Assembly: GCA_028023455.1 (NCBI GenBank)
Contig: JAQFVV010000008.1
Coordinates: 17,608,001 to 17,672,000, forward strand
Direction of reading: 5' to 3'
Source of the DNA: Epiperipatus broadwayi
Lineage: Eukaryota; Animalia; Onychophora
Length of the DNA stretch: 64,000 nucleotides
Positions 1-12,532 of the stretch are shown here, piece after piece. The notes beneath the pieces were generated by a model, which searched no databases, was not told the DNA's origin, and was given only the letters and a program-made list of their open reading frames with translations. The position numbers and the translations under genes were made by a program. How positions within the stretch are numbered: position 1 is the stretch's first letter; every line of letters starts with the position of its first letter.

Positions 1-2239
1 TTGGATTTAATAACTTTGCTTTTGATTATGAAACTTTCTCTATTTATAATATTGGAAATGAACATCTCCCCCCCCTCTTAAACTGTCTCCATTCCCACAC
101 AACCACAAACTCCCATTTCTTTATTTAAACTATCCCCTTTATGCTGCACCTATCCATTACTCACTGTTGACCACGGCTTAATTTTATTCCATTACCCTCA
201 ATTTGCTCCTTAAATTCTCCATTGGTTGCTCTGCCGCACCTGAACAGACTAGAACAAAATATGATTTTACTTGACAAACATATGTATGATACCCAGAGAT
301 ACAGTCCATGAACATACTAGAATTGACTCTCTCTATCCCAATTATCCAGGTTCGAATACAATTTGGTTGAATGACATGACTTTTAACACTTCCTGTTGGC
401 ACATTTATATGGCGCCAGCCAACAGTACAATAAACACATATACAATATTTAATAATATTCACAAAATGGTATTCTATAAATACCTACAATATTCCTAGCT
501 TTAAATTTGTCATATATATACAGTACACTACATTTATGTATACATATGTTAATATATATATATATACATGAACACATAATATATAATAAATCTATATCTG
601 AGGAAAAAATATAAAGAAAGAAAACGCACCATAATCAGGAGAAAAAAAAAATCCACTGTACCCGACTAAGATAAGAGAGCTAAAATAATATATCATCATA
701 TAAAACCTTTTTATATTTAAAAATTAACCAAAATAAAGATTCAAACTTGGATAGGATTTTAAATGTGTTTTAATATCAAAATAGCATGAATACAACATAT
801 ATCTATATATAGCGATTGATCTATATATAGCTATTTCACTTTAGACAGGTTTACATTTATTACGTTAACAATGAATAATTCTTAATTGTTGTAAACAGGA
901 GTTATACAATATGTTGCTCTAAGTCATGTGCGCGAATTCACCTTGACAAAATAAACTCTCTTTACACAAGAAATGAAAGATCGATGAATGATTTAAATTA
1001 GTAGGAGCCATATTTATAGCAAAAATAAAAACATTTATTTTATTTTTATATTTTATATATTTTCTTTTGACTATTATTAGAGAATGAAAAAATATGCGTA
1101 TATGGGAATGGTTCATTATTTTTAAAAGGGTAGGCAGCTTTAAATCAAGCGCACTACAGGAATCTATACAATACTTCTTCTAACATGATTCACACTTCTC
1201 ATATCCTTATTTCTTAATGGGATAAAACAAGCAAAACAATTTAATGAATGTATATTGTGACTACTAACATAGAAAGGTTAAACATATATGTAGGAAAGTC
1301 CCAGCTGGTCAAATAGTTCGTCATTGAACGTATTGTCATGAAGAAGACGTACGTTCGCACGTACGGCGAAACGGTACTAAGTTTGAGGTAGGTTTGGTGA
1401 TATGGGAGCTGGTGTACGATCTCTTCCATAGAGCATCCAAAACCTTAACCTTACATTTCACAAGGAGTATAATTCCTGATTACGAATGATTTCAAAAGGA
1501 AGGGAAAACTTCAGAATCTTGAAGATTCCCGAATGACCAAGCATTTGAAATACTGAGGAATTGTTAGGCTATGCCGGCAGTACAATATACATATGAGAAT
1601 AAAAATAGTGTTTAATATAATAACGTTAATGGTTTAATTCCCTAGCATAATGGTATGTATAATAGTGAATCAGGTTATAAATATCAAATGAGACATTTAA
1701 TTAAATATTTATTTGATTGGTCAGTTATGCTTTCCCATATACACTTCAAACAAAATTAAAACTTCTAATTGTTTGGCCCATTTGGTGATGACAGTAATTA
1801 ACACTTCATTCTTTATTGCAATCTTTCATGAACAAAAATAAAAAATAATTAAACAAGAGAGTTTTAGAATGATCAACCCCGCGAGTCTATTTTAACATAA
1901 TATATATTCAATTTTATAGGGAGCGAATGACAAATACATCCTTATCATTACAATTTCCTTTGCTTTTGTTTCTTTTCTTTTTTTTTAAAAAAAAAAACAA
2001 TTATATCTCAAACTTGCGAGGTTGAGCTGAACTGGCATATTACTAAAGAAAACTTTGAAAAAAATATTAAACAGAATGCACAGACTTATAAAACCAGAAT
2101 AAAGTGAAATCGGAGTTAAGGTTATAAGAAAATATATTACGTATATAGAGAGGTCTTACAAGTAAAGATTAAATATAAATATAAAAAAAAAAACCAGTTA
2201 GTATTTAGAGGTAAGTACCGACAACTTTACATAGCTAGT

Positions 2240-2450
2240 GGACTGTTACCTCGGTATAATTGGGTGAATGGTTAAATGGTTCATTCTCTGAACTTCAGTT
2301 GCGGGGATCAGCCTGGTGATTAACATTCTTGGTCACTATGAATCTTTCATCAGTGGCAACATTCTTCCATGGTGGCATCATACTAGAGGCAGCCTTGAGA
2401 GGCACAGGGAAAAACAATTTGGGCCCTACTCAACTGTCATTTTAAAACTA
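2240..2450 (+). mobile_element. Possible decayed SINE
   Basis: GC-richer island with a tRNA-like start (tgggtgaatggttaaatgg...gcggggatcagcctgg); no second copy identified. Confidence 0.3.
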
Positions 2451-5040
2451 AGCACAAAAAAAGTAAAAGCAAAGTGTAAGACTCAGACTTAGACTGTCCG
2501 ACAGACTAAAAACTGACTCTTATCTCTAATCTATTCTATTTTTACCACCCAAGCTATTACAGGAATGATTTGGCTCATTTGTTCAGAGGCAGATGAGACA
2601 ATTATTAAATTCCTGAGCAAATTACAGTCCATTTTAATTAAAAGTAAGATATAAGAAGACAAGGTTCAATCTCTTTCATTAGCAAAACTTTTAATTAGTC
2701 TTTAAATTATAATGAGACGATATTTTGATTAATTAAAATCAAGCATTTAAAATATTTAATTAGTAAAGAAAACTTCACAATGGGCTGATTTGAGCCTGCC
2801 ATCTTGGTTATATCTTCTTTCTTTTATATTTTTACAAATGTGAAATTAAATGCAAATAATTTTTACAAATGACAAACTTTGTAATAAAAAAAAAATCTCT
2901 TTTAAATAAAAAAAACACAAGCTTAAAATATTCATAAGTATGAAAATATCAAAATAACAGAATCAAAAATTATAAAATATTCATTATAATAGTTTGTAAT
3001 ATATATATAATTACATATATATGACGGCACTGTTAGTAATCTAAAGATTGCTAGGTTTGAACCCTTGTACATGTTAGTTTATTTTAGATAGGAAAACATG
3101 AAGTTCACTCTGACCAGAGTGATTGCTTCAATATATACAATTTAATTGCTTCAATATATAAGATTTAACATTAGTTTTATATATCATTAAAAATGACAAT
3201 TAGTATATAATTCAAATTTCCAGCAACTTTTGGAGTCAAGAGCCTTTGGAAGGTTTGATGCTGGAAGACTCAAGACTAGGAAAACAGGCTGATTGAACAG
3301 TTTATGTTTGAATAATATCGATCACTATTATGTATTCCATAAAATAAATATAAAAATTTATCTTCAGGCCAGGACTTACAACTTGAATAAATTATTAGCA
3401 TTACCTTGCCTAATTAACAGAAATATAAAATGAATAATTTTTATTTTAATTTATAAAATAGTCTTACTTATTACTTATATAGATGTCAACATCACTTGCC
3501 AAAATATCTATAAATATTTTTATCAAATAAATTTTTATAAATTTATCTCTAGTAGTGCTATATTTGATTTATAAAATTTTATCATTATTCAGAGCTACAA
3601 CATTTTGTTTATTTCCATGTGAAAAAACCCACCAAAAAGTGTTTTAAAAATAGTTATTTTTTAATGAGGTGTATTAGCACATAATAAATAATACTTTATT
3701 GATTAGTATCTGGTGTTTTCTTTATACATTTATCAAGAGATAGTTGAATTGTATTTTTTCTTTTTATTATAAATGCAAAAATTGTAAATAATTTTGTGTT
3801 ACATATTATAGTAGTATAATTTAAATATGTAAGTATCAATTTGAATTTGTTTTAGATATAATTTATATATTTCAATTGACTCACAATGATCTCTTTAAAA
3901 ACAATTATCTTACTAGAATGTTTCAAAGTGAAAAAGACAATTTATTTTAATACAAAACAAGTATTAGGGTGTTTTAATAATATCTTTTACATCTCTTAGT
4001 TATGTCAACATAAATGACAATATAATGAATGAACCAATTTATGTAAGTCTATTCTGATATGAAATGAGTAATGTCATACAGAGATATCTTGAAGCTCCCT
4101 CCAAAATATATTTTTTGAAATATAATCATTTTAAAATTTGTGAAAAAAATAAAGATAGCATTAACTTAATCAAAAATTTTCAGTCATAAGAATTAAGATT
4201 AAAGTAGTACTTTTGTACAAAAACAAGGTAAAAGCAATTGTATTCCAATATATCTGGTAATTTAAACGTAAAATTATATTTCAAAGCTAATCAACAAGAA
4301 ATATTATTTATAATATTCACATTATAATAATTGACATATATAAATTTTTCAATAAGAACTAATATGAGTTGATAATCTCTATTTATCTTGTCCATTTTAA
4401 GTTATACTTGATACAGTTGCAGAAGGCAACTCACAGAATCAATAGCATGAAAAGGATTAAAAAATATAATAATTCAAATATATTAATTATATGGTAGTTC
4501 TCATTTTTTTACAATTCCCAAATAGGAAGTATGGGTATTATTACAATGTATTCGTATAATGCTAAGGTCATACAATACCATACATGCTTATTTTCATCTT
4601 TAATAATAAAATAATTTTTAAATAAAAAGATTTTAATATATTAATGTCAAACATAAATATTGTTAAAAGAAATGAATAAAAGTTTTATTAAAAAATCTTA
4701 TACACTGTTTATTTAGATAATTTTTAATCCACAAAAAAAAAAGGGTGTTTTGTTTTAGGAGTCTTGTTTTTAAAAAAAATGAATGTAAATGATTGAATTG
4801 AGTTCATTACTTTATTAAAAATTCTGTTTGAAACCATGTGATCATCTCAATTGTTACACTTTTATGATCTTTAATCAATAACAAGAGATGGTAATCAAAG
4901 TTAAAACAGATTTTAAAAATAGGGCAAAGGTTTAACTAGGGTCTTTTTGAAATATTGGCAGAGAGTTTATGGAATGGTGGTAGGCTTTTCTCCGTTTTAT
5001 CTTATAGCTTTTTTATAATATTATAAGTATATGAATGTAA

Positions 5041-5126
5041 GTATAGGGGATTTGAACTCAGATTTTCAAGCACCCTCCATCTATCCACACTATCTCATAC
5101 AACTGATACACATGACCACACACATG
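5041..5126 (-). mobile_element. Solo copy of the 9.1-kb SINE-like unit
   Basis: Reverse complement ...gtgtatcagttgtatgagatagtg...gcttgaaaatctgagttcaaatcccc matches 9190-9262. Confidence 0.6.
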
Positions 5127-5225
5127 TTTGAGAAGAGTGTCTGGTTTTAAGATATTTATGTATATGAATGTATGTTTTGAATGTGAAAATAATTTTTTAA
5201 TATATTATTGTTCATTAACAATTAC

Positions 5226-5836
5226 CTGAATCTAGATGGTAATACAATCCTTCGTGAAGATATTCTCCCAGATCGACGATCAAGTTCTTGATCATTTGTT
5301 TGAATGCCGACAGATTTTTTATCTGTTTCATCAGGTAATTGAAAAACTTCAATATTGGAAGACAGAGGATCATTTTTCTTTATTTCTATATTACTAATTG
5401 CCAGGTCTTCATTTTTTATTAATGTATTGTCACAGTCTATCACATGTTCATTTTGATCATGAATAATTAAATCAGTAGAAGTAGTCTGACTTACATAGAT
5501 TGATTCAACATTGTCATCTTTAGTTTCACATAAAACCTGTTCTAAAGTAACAGCTTCTGCTAAACTGTGTAATCCTGACTGGTCTAGATTAGATGTAACT
5601 ATAGTTATTGGTGTCACGACATTAATTGCGGTGTCAGAGCCACTTAAATCTGATGCTTTTGGCACCATTTCAGTTAATAGAACAGTTGACTCTTCTGTAG
5701 ACAAATTACCTAAGGTAGTTACCACTTCCAAAATACTAGCATGATTGTTAGCAGTCACACAATCTTCTTCAGAAATGGTGGCTATGTCTGTAATACAGGT
5801 TCCACATTCAGAATTTGTCGGTTTTACTATAGACAT
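5226..5836 (-). CDS. Large coding exon of an unidentified gene (acidic, S/T-rich, ends RRSGRISSRRIVLPSRFR)
   Basis: Uninterrupted 204-aa ORF in 70%-AT-type DNA; it ends exactly at an AG|GTAAT donor (5226/5225). Candidate acceptors at 5843 and 5908. No TE motifs seen. Confidence 0.7.
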
Positions 5837-6289
5837 AGCTACCTAAACATCAAACCGCTATCAGTCCTGAGCTGAAGATGGAGACAGCAACAACTGTAAT
5901 ATGCATCCTAAAATAATTTTAAAATAAAGATATCAATGATAATTATATTAAATTTTAATTATATTGGGTTACATTTTAGATTCATGTAATGTAGCTACTT
6001 ATAGTTTAAATACATTTAATAACAATGTTGCATGAACCAATATTGTTACATATTGTTTTGTATTTTTAATAGCATCAATATTCTAAAATTGAAAATCAAT
6101 TTTACAAATGAAATGATAAAAAAAAGTCTTTACTCTTAATGAACATTGTCATCAATAAAAAAACCAATAACAAATTAGTCATTTTGTAGAGATTCAATAC
6201 TTGAAAATATTAATTATTGTACAAGTTTTTATTTCACAAAAAAATCATAACAATACCATTATTTGATCTTTGTCAGAAATCTTCAACAC

Positions 6290-6520
6290 ACAATTACTGC
6301 CATAATATATTTATTACTAACAGTAGCAAACTCTCCATACAACATTAATAGCTTGTGTAAGTGTATGAAATGTTGATAATGTGATATTTATTGTTAATAA
6401 TTTTCCCCCCACTGCAAATGCAAATTGAGTACTCTGAAAGCAAAAAATCATAGTCAAAGGTAATTTTAGACTAACATTTTACAACTGTAGGGCAAAGATT
6501 TCTCCAACAGTCCTCATAAA
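6290..6520 (-). mobile_element. Possible hAT C-terminal dimerization-domain relic
   Basis: WRNLCPTV...SEYSICICSGGKIINN resembles W....P.L..A...SE..FS.GG.I; short and decayed. Confidence 0.3.
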
Positions 6521-9049
6521 GGATCAATAAAGGAATCAATATTACCAAAATAGTCAACCATTAGATGGTGACAATTTAATTTTTTTTCATGCTTATTATC
6601 AAACTAAGATCTAATAATTGATAATTATGAGTTATCTCTGAATTGAATACCTGTATTAAAAAATCTAGATAAACACAGCAGTATAATTATAAACTAAATG
6701 CAACTTCTGAATCAAGCATTGTATTAAGAATTGATTATTCATCAGGATGTAGGCTACTATAAAACTAATCAGATTAATTTTTTTTCATACTCACATTTAT
6801 CTCGACTTTCCAAATTATTATTAAAAGGCAGAATCAGAAAATCATATATGAAATCCCATATATTTTAAAGTAATTATTATCTGAACTTGTGATGTACATA
6901 TATATTGTAAGGATTGGTTAATGTGCTAATTAAAAAAGAGAGCAAAAAAATTCATTCTGAAAATAGATTTTCAAATTTAAAAGTCTTTCTTCTTAGTGCT
7001 TTACTCAACTAGAAAATGATTAAATCAAATTAACAATTAAAAAAAAGAAAACCATAACCAACCAAGTAAATTTAACTGAATTCTCATTTTAGCGCACACA
7101 GACATATATATACACACATCCAAAAATGTAAAATATATCACATTTAAAATATGTACAAGCACATAAAACTGTAAAATAATGGATCAACAATGCGTATCAA
7201 TTTTAATTTGATAATTTAAAAAAATAGTTTAAAAACTTTTTTTTATTTTTTTATCAAGAAATAGTGTAAATGCGTATTTTAATTCAAAATTTTAATTCCA
7301 TTTTTAACAGATTAGTTTGGACCAAAGAGCTGAAATTTTAAGGACTATTCATTTCAATAATTTAAAAGTTTGATAGAAAAATTATTTCATCATACTAATC
7401 TTTGATTAATATTTTTTTAAAATTATATATTCAAATAAAAAATAATTAATAAAACCAAATATATTCATTAGTATAACTAACACTGATGATGATTATCAAA
7501 ATAATCTTAGCAATGAAACTTAAGTATAATGATTCCAAAGTTTTTTTAATTTTATTTCTTTGTTTAGATTCAATTTGAAATTAATCTTAATCTTCAGACA
7601 CTAAACTCTTTTAAACAAAAAAATTACTTCTGAATATTTTACTGTTACCAATCATCATCATTACTTTTAATTATAATTTGGTTATCCCTGCATTTTTCCC
7701 AGTGGCCTGCATGGCTTCCCACGGTTAATGGTATAAAGACTCAAGTTTAGAATAAATTCAAACAACAAAAACAAACTAAATTAGTTGATAAAAAAATAAT
7801 TTATTTACAATAAATAAAAAAAATATGAACTCATTGCTTATATATTCATAACTACCACAATATAAAATAAATAAAAATACAAAATATTGAATTGAATAAA
7901 CATTATATTTAAGACCTTGTAGTTAAATATAAAGAAAGAACTTACCAGATAATAAAATGTTTTAAATCATTGTATTTATAGAAAATGTAAGTTTACTATA
8001 TATATGAACATCTTTAATGATAGTCTTTACCAATCCAGTCCTGATTGTAATTATCCTCTTTAGGTATTGGTGATGGTGGACAATGTAGATGAATCTCACT
8101 AGAAATAGATATGCTGTAGATCTTATAGCAGAGTCCACTAATTTCCTTACAGCATGTTATACATCTTTAAAGCACACAATGTTGCACTCTACGCAACATC
8201 AATGTTCCTATCTGGATACAACTGCATAGTTTCAGGTTTTTTTGTCTGGCATGCCTTTTTTTCTAGCCAGCCATACTAAATAATATTTAGCTAGCTAATG
8301 TCATAATACTTGCCGAGGTGAATAAAATATTAAAAAATACTTTTTTAAACAGTCAGCATAGTAAAGTTATGCGAAGCTATTTTAAGAGAAACTGTCTAAA
8401 TCAGTAGTTTTTCTTTTTAACAGCTACTTCTCTATTGCATTTTCTCCTCTCTTCAAGGAATTAATCTGCACTGCTTTCTACTTAAGTCAAGGCTAGACTA
8501 CTGTAATTTTTCAGATCTATTTAGAACTTATGTCTTCATAACATGTTTTTAACATTTAACTTATATCAGGATATTTTTTTTTACATTATTATCCAGATTT
8601 AACATAATTTTGCAAAACATTTTTTTTTTAATTTTTAAAATCAGATAATTATTTTACAAATAATTATAAATTAATTGTTCATTTATTTACAGTAATGATT
8701 GGAAGAAAAATCACGAATGAACTTTGAAATTCATCCTCTAACTTTCTTAATTTTAGTGCTTTATAATTTTCAATAACATATTCGGATTTGCCATTCAGTA
8801 AAAATGCAAATTATATATTTAATCCCCCTTTCACTAGGCAAATCTGAAAGAGTTACAAAATATGTACATTTCTTGAATTATGCAATTCAAATTCATTGCA
8901 TAAACTGAAACTTAAAATTATCTAGTTTCTCTTTATCTTATATTACATAAATTGTCATTTTACTAATTATAATTTTACAAAATACATTTATTTTACCAAC
9001 TATTTAATAATATTGAAATATAAGTATAATGTATATACTTAACCTAGAT

Positions 9050-9272
9050 GTAATTAATGGGAATTTGAACCCAGATTTTCACTTCTCACAGTCATCCACT
9101 CTAACCAATATAATTGATACACATATGAAAAAGATAAATTACTGGGTCAGCATGAAATGTGTATAATGGAGATCAGTGATCTTTTTCATGTGGTCATGGG
9201 TGTCAGTTATACTGGATAGAGAAAATAACTGTGGGCAGCTTGAAAGTCTGGGTTCAAATCTCCGTTAATTAC
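9050..9272. mobile_element. Head-to-head inverted pair of short tRNA-like SINE units
   Basis: 9050-9135 (-) and 9179-9272 (+) are homologous, each with a GGGTTCAAATYY B-box; a solo copy lies at 5041-5126 (-). Confidence 0.6.
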
Positions 9273-10071
9273 AACTATTTAATAGTATGATTAATTCTAT
9301 AGACCAATTTTCTTTTAATTCCTTAAATGGTGAAATTTGAGTAATGCATATATCTTAAATAAGTATGCATACACACATGGCAATAAAAAAAAAATACTAA
9401 TCAATCAATCAGCCTTTTATTTATGCTTGCTTGACCATGCGGTTTTATAATACAAATTTGAGCTGCAATCGAATTTTTACTGTTACAATATTTATATGAA
9501 AATAATTTAAAATAAAACAAAAATTATTTGAAAGTTTTCTACGTTTTTTATTTATTTTTATATAGACTTTTAATAATATAATCGTCATATAATTCGCTAG
9601 TGAAAAAGTATTAAATGTAATATAATCAATAATAATAATAATAATGGTCTAAATTATTACACAACCCAAAAAGCTGGGTTGTCCCTATAATTTTATTGTA
9701 TGTTATCCAAAACTCATACTTCAATCAAAGATTATAAAATAATAATTTTTCTATAATCAGGCACTTACTTATTTAAATAAATTTATAAATCTTCATTTAA
9801 CATGTAAGGATAAAGCATTCATTTGGTGGGTCCTCCTTTATCCCAGCCTATTCTCTTACTTTTTATTGTATGTATACTTACTGTCAAATTAATAGAATTA
9901 GAATTGCCTATAACCGAAAAAGGAAAACACATTTCTAAAAACTTCATGCACATAGAATTTTTTTTAAAACCATTTTATATTTAATTTTTTAATATCTCCA
10001 CTTAAATCTTGAATGCTTGTGTTTTTAAATTATTATCATAATCAATAAAGCAGGTTGTATTTATAAATATG

Positions 10072-10156
10072 TAATATAGAGTGTACCAATAGCTCAAACA
10101 AGCTCTTAATTATCAATTAAGAGCTTGTTTGAGCTATTGGTACACTCTCTATATTA
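10072..10156. repeat. Perfect 34-bp-arm palindrome with a 3-nt loop
   Basis: 10078-10111 / ATC / 10115-10148; flanked by the 17-bp direct repeat TTAAATTATTATCATAA (10025-41, 10154-70). Confidence 0.95.
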
Positions 10157-11288
10157 AATTATTATCATAAACAATTTAAAATCTACTATATCTAAAATAA
10201 AATTAATAATGAAAATAAACAATATACTAATGAACTGATGAATAATAATTCAATAAATTCTTCTAACAGCTTTAATAACTTTAAAAATTTTAAGTAGCTT
10301 TTATTCATTTAACTAATAATTCTTTTTAAAAAAACTTACTGAATTATCATTGAAAGCTTGCTGTTGACATATAGAAAAAAAAAAATTTGCTACAAACTAT
10401 TCATATATTTATTTACCTTCTTAGTGAAAAATTACACTTATTAATTGTCTTTTTTCTATTTATTTAGATTATCATCATTAAGAAATTAATTAAAATCTAT
10501 AAATTAAGAAAATAATTTTATGCAATAATCTTGTCCTCATCAAGTTCTTCTTACTTAAAATGTTTACCAAATCTCTACAAAAAAATTCCCATTTTATAAT
10601 TTAATGATTTTCTCATACCCAGAGAAAAGAAATTTAAACCTTGTCATCAATTATTTGTTAAAATCTCTGTATAGAAATGAATGATCAAACCCATCAATTC
10701 ATATCATGTCATGAATTTTTATTTTTGTTTGTATTATTTGAAAATAGTTCGCGAATAACAAACCCGAGTACAGTGATTCTCTGGCAAGGAATTCATATTT
10801 TAATAAAAATTTTTACTTTAGGAAAAAATACCTCCAAATATTTAATTAGTATTTTTGCTCAAGAACCATACATTCAAGAATATTTTTACAATATATAGTA
10901 TGATAAAATTGAGCTCATAATGCCATTATTGATTACAAGTTAAAATATTTGCACTTCATGGCAACATTGAGTCTATAATATGCAACTATATTTTGAAGTG
11001 ATATAGTTTGAACCATGTAGATTTACTAAATATTTATGTTTATTAGTTCTATTTTTATGATAATGGGCAAAGCGATCTTTAATACCCAATGTACTGTCTA
11101 TGGGAAATATTTTTTTCTTGACATGATTGGCAACCATTCTTTTCAGTGTGTCTTCTCAAATATACTTCAATATACACACACCCTTTGACATAATACCTGT
11201 CAGAATTGTTAGATTATGTGTAATTTAAATGGTATAACTACTAAAGTTGGTATTTCTCATTATATCTTTTATTTTATGCAGTTAATAA

Positions 11289-11533
11289 TAATAATTGAAA
11301 GGTTGCTAGACTTTCACACGCGCTACAGTTGTTTCTCAGACAGCCAATCAGATTTTTAAACAGCTGTCTTTTAAGAACGATCAGGCTTTTGACACACGAC
11401 AGAGATTTTGATAAGAAAAGGACGTTACCACCTTCTCTCAACTCAACTTAAAAAACAGCTGTTTAAAAATCTGATTGGCTGTCTGAGAAACAACATTAGC
11501 ACATGTGAAAGTCTAGCAACCTTTCAATTATTA
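11289..11533. mobile_element. MITE-like element with ~87-bp TIRs
   Basis: 11289-11375 pairs with 11447-11533 around a 71-bp spacer. Confidence 0.75.
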
Positions 11534-11720
11534 CTAATTTAATAACAACATGCGATTTAGACAAATGCAGTTAATAATGAGAAAATATTTTTTTATTATT
11601 ATAGTCTTTCCTTCGCTTAACCAAGGTATCATAGATAAATAAAATAAAATATAATTTTTTTTTATATAAATCTAGAACATGTATCCTGCCTGCATTAATG
11701 ATTAATTGTATTCATATATA

Positions 11721-12532
11721 TGAGGAGGTATTCAAAAGTAACTGGAATTTTATAATAAAAAAACTGTTTATTTATTTTTAAATGTTATCAATTTACACCA
11801 GTCTAAACCTATTTTTCATTTTTTAATGTAATCTGAAAACACTTGCAAAGTGATGCTTTTAACACCTACGTCGGTTTTTTTCTCACCACTTTAAATTCGG
11901 CAAAAAAAAATAAAATTCAGACATTTTTTTATTCGAGAGATTAAAAAAAATTGCACGAAGTGAGAATGAGCAAATATGGCTGTGAGATAAATTGGGTCAT
12001 GCTGAATTTAATTAAAAGACTTTGAGAGATGACACTTTGTTGAGGTGAAGCCTGCACTCTTTTCTTTGCCACAAAATGTGACATTTATGATTTTCTGCAT
12101 CACATATGTTTCAGAACTTGCAGATGACCATTACAAACTAAATCTGAGAAAAAAATGTCATTTGTGTAAAAAAAAAAATAGTGTTGTTTTGAGTTTGGAC
12201 TTCACTTGCCATTCTTTTTAGGATCATGGTGAATTTAACATTTCAATTAAACCATTTATAAACTTGTACTTTTATGAACTTAGCTTGCTTATAATCTGTT
12301 TCAAGCATTACAAATGTTTTACTTGCCGTTTTCTGTAAATGAAAACAGAATTTCATATTGTCCAGACTTTTCAGTCATTAAAAAAATCGACAAATACACG
12401 AAATGCACTTTATAAAAAAGTGCTACATGGCACCACGATTTTACATGGCAATGTTATTTGGTAGCAGAAACATATACTACAACAGGCGCGCAAATCAGAG
12501 AATGATTCCGATTATTTTTGCATTTCCCCTCG
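11721..12532 (-). mobile_element. Tc1/mariner non-autonomous relic
   Basis: TA-flanked ~30-bp imperfect TIRs (TA-tgaggaggtattcaaaagtaactggaat ... attccgattatttttgcatttcccctcg-TA). The - strand remnant SQPYLLILTSCNF near 11950-12000 resembles mariner PYSPDLAPCDF. Confidence 0.72.

Noticed and set aside
184-498. Overlapping ORFs, a TGGCGCC PBS-like motif (~409) and an 8-bp inverted repeat
   Set aside because: No recognisable domain, second LTR or Helitron CTAG terminus; cannot be assigned.
1270-1585. GC/CpG-rich island with coding-like text (MLYGRDRTP..., LLHDNTFNDELF)
   Set aside because: Stops in all frames and no diagnostic motif; probably a TE scrap.
7945-8330. - strand GTAAGT donor-like site at ~7946 with coding-like sequence upstream
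   Set aside because: Multiple stops in every frame; neither an exon nor a TE family could be supported.
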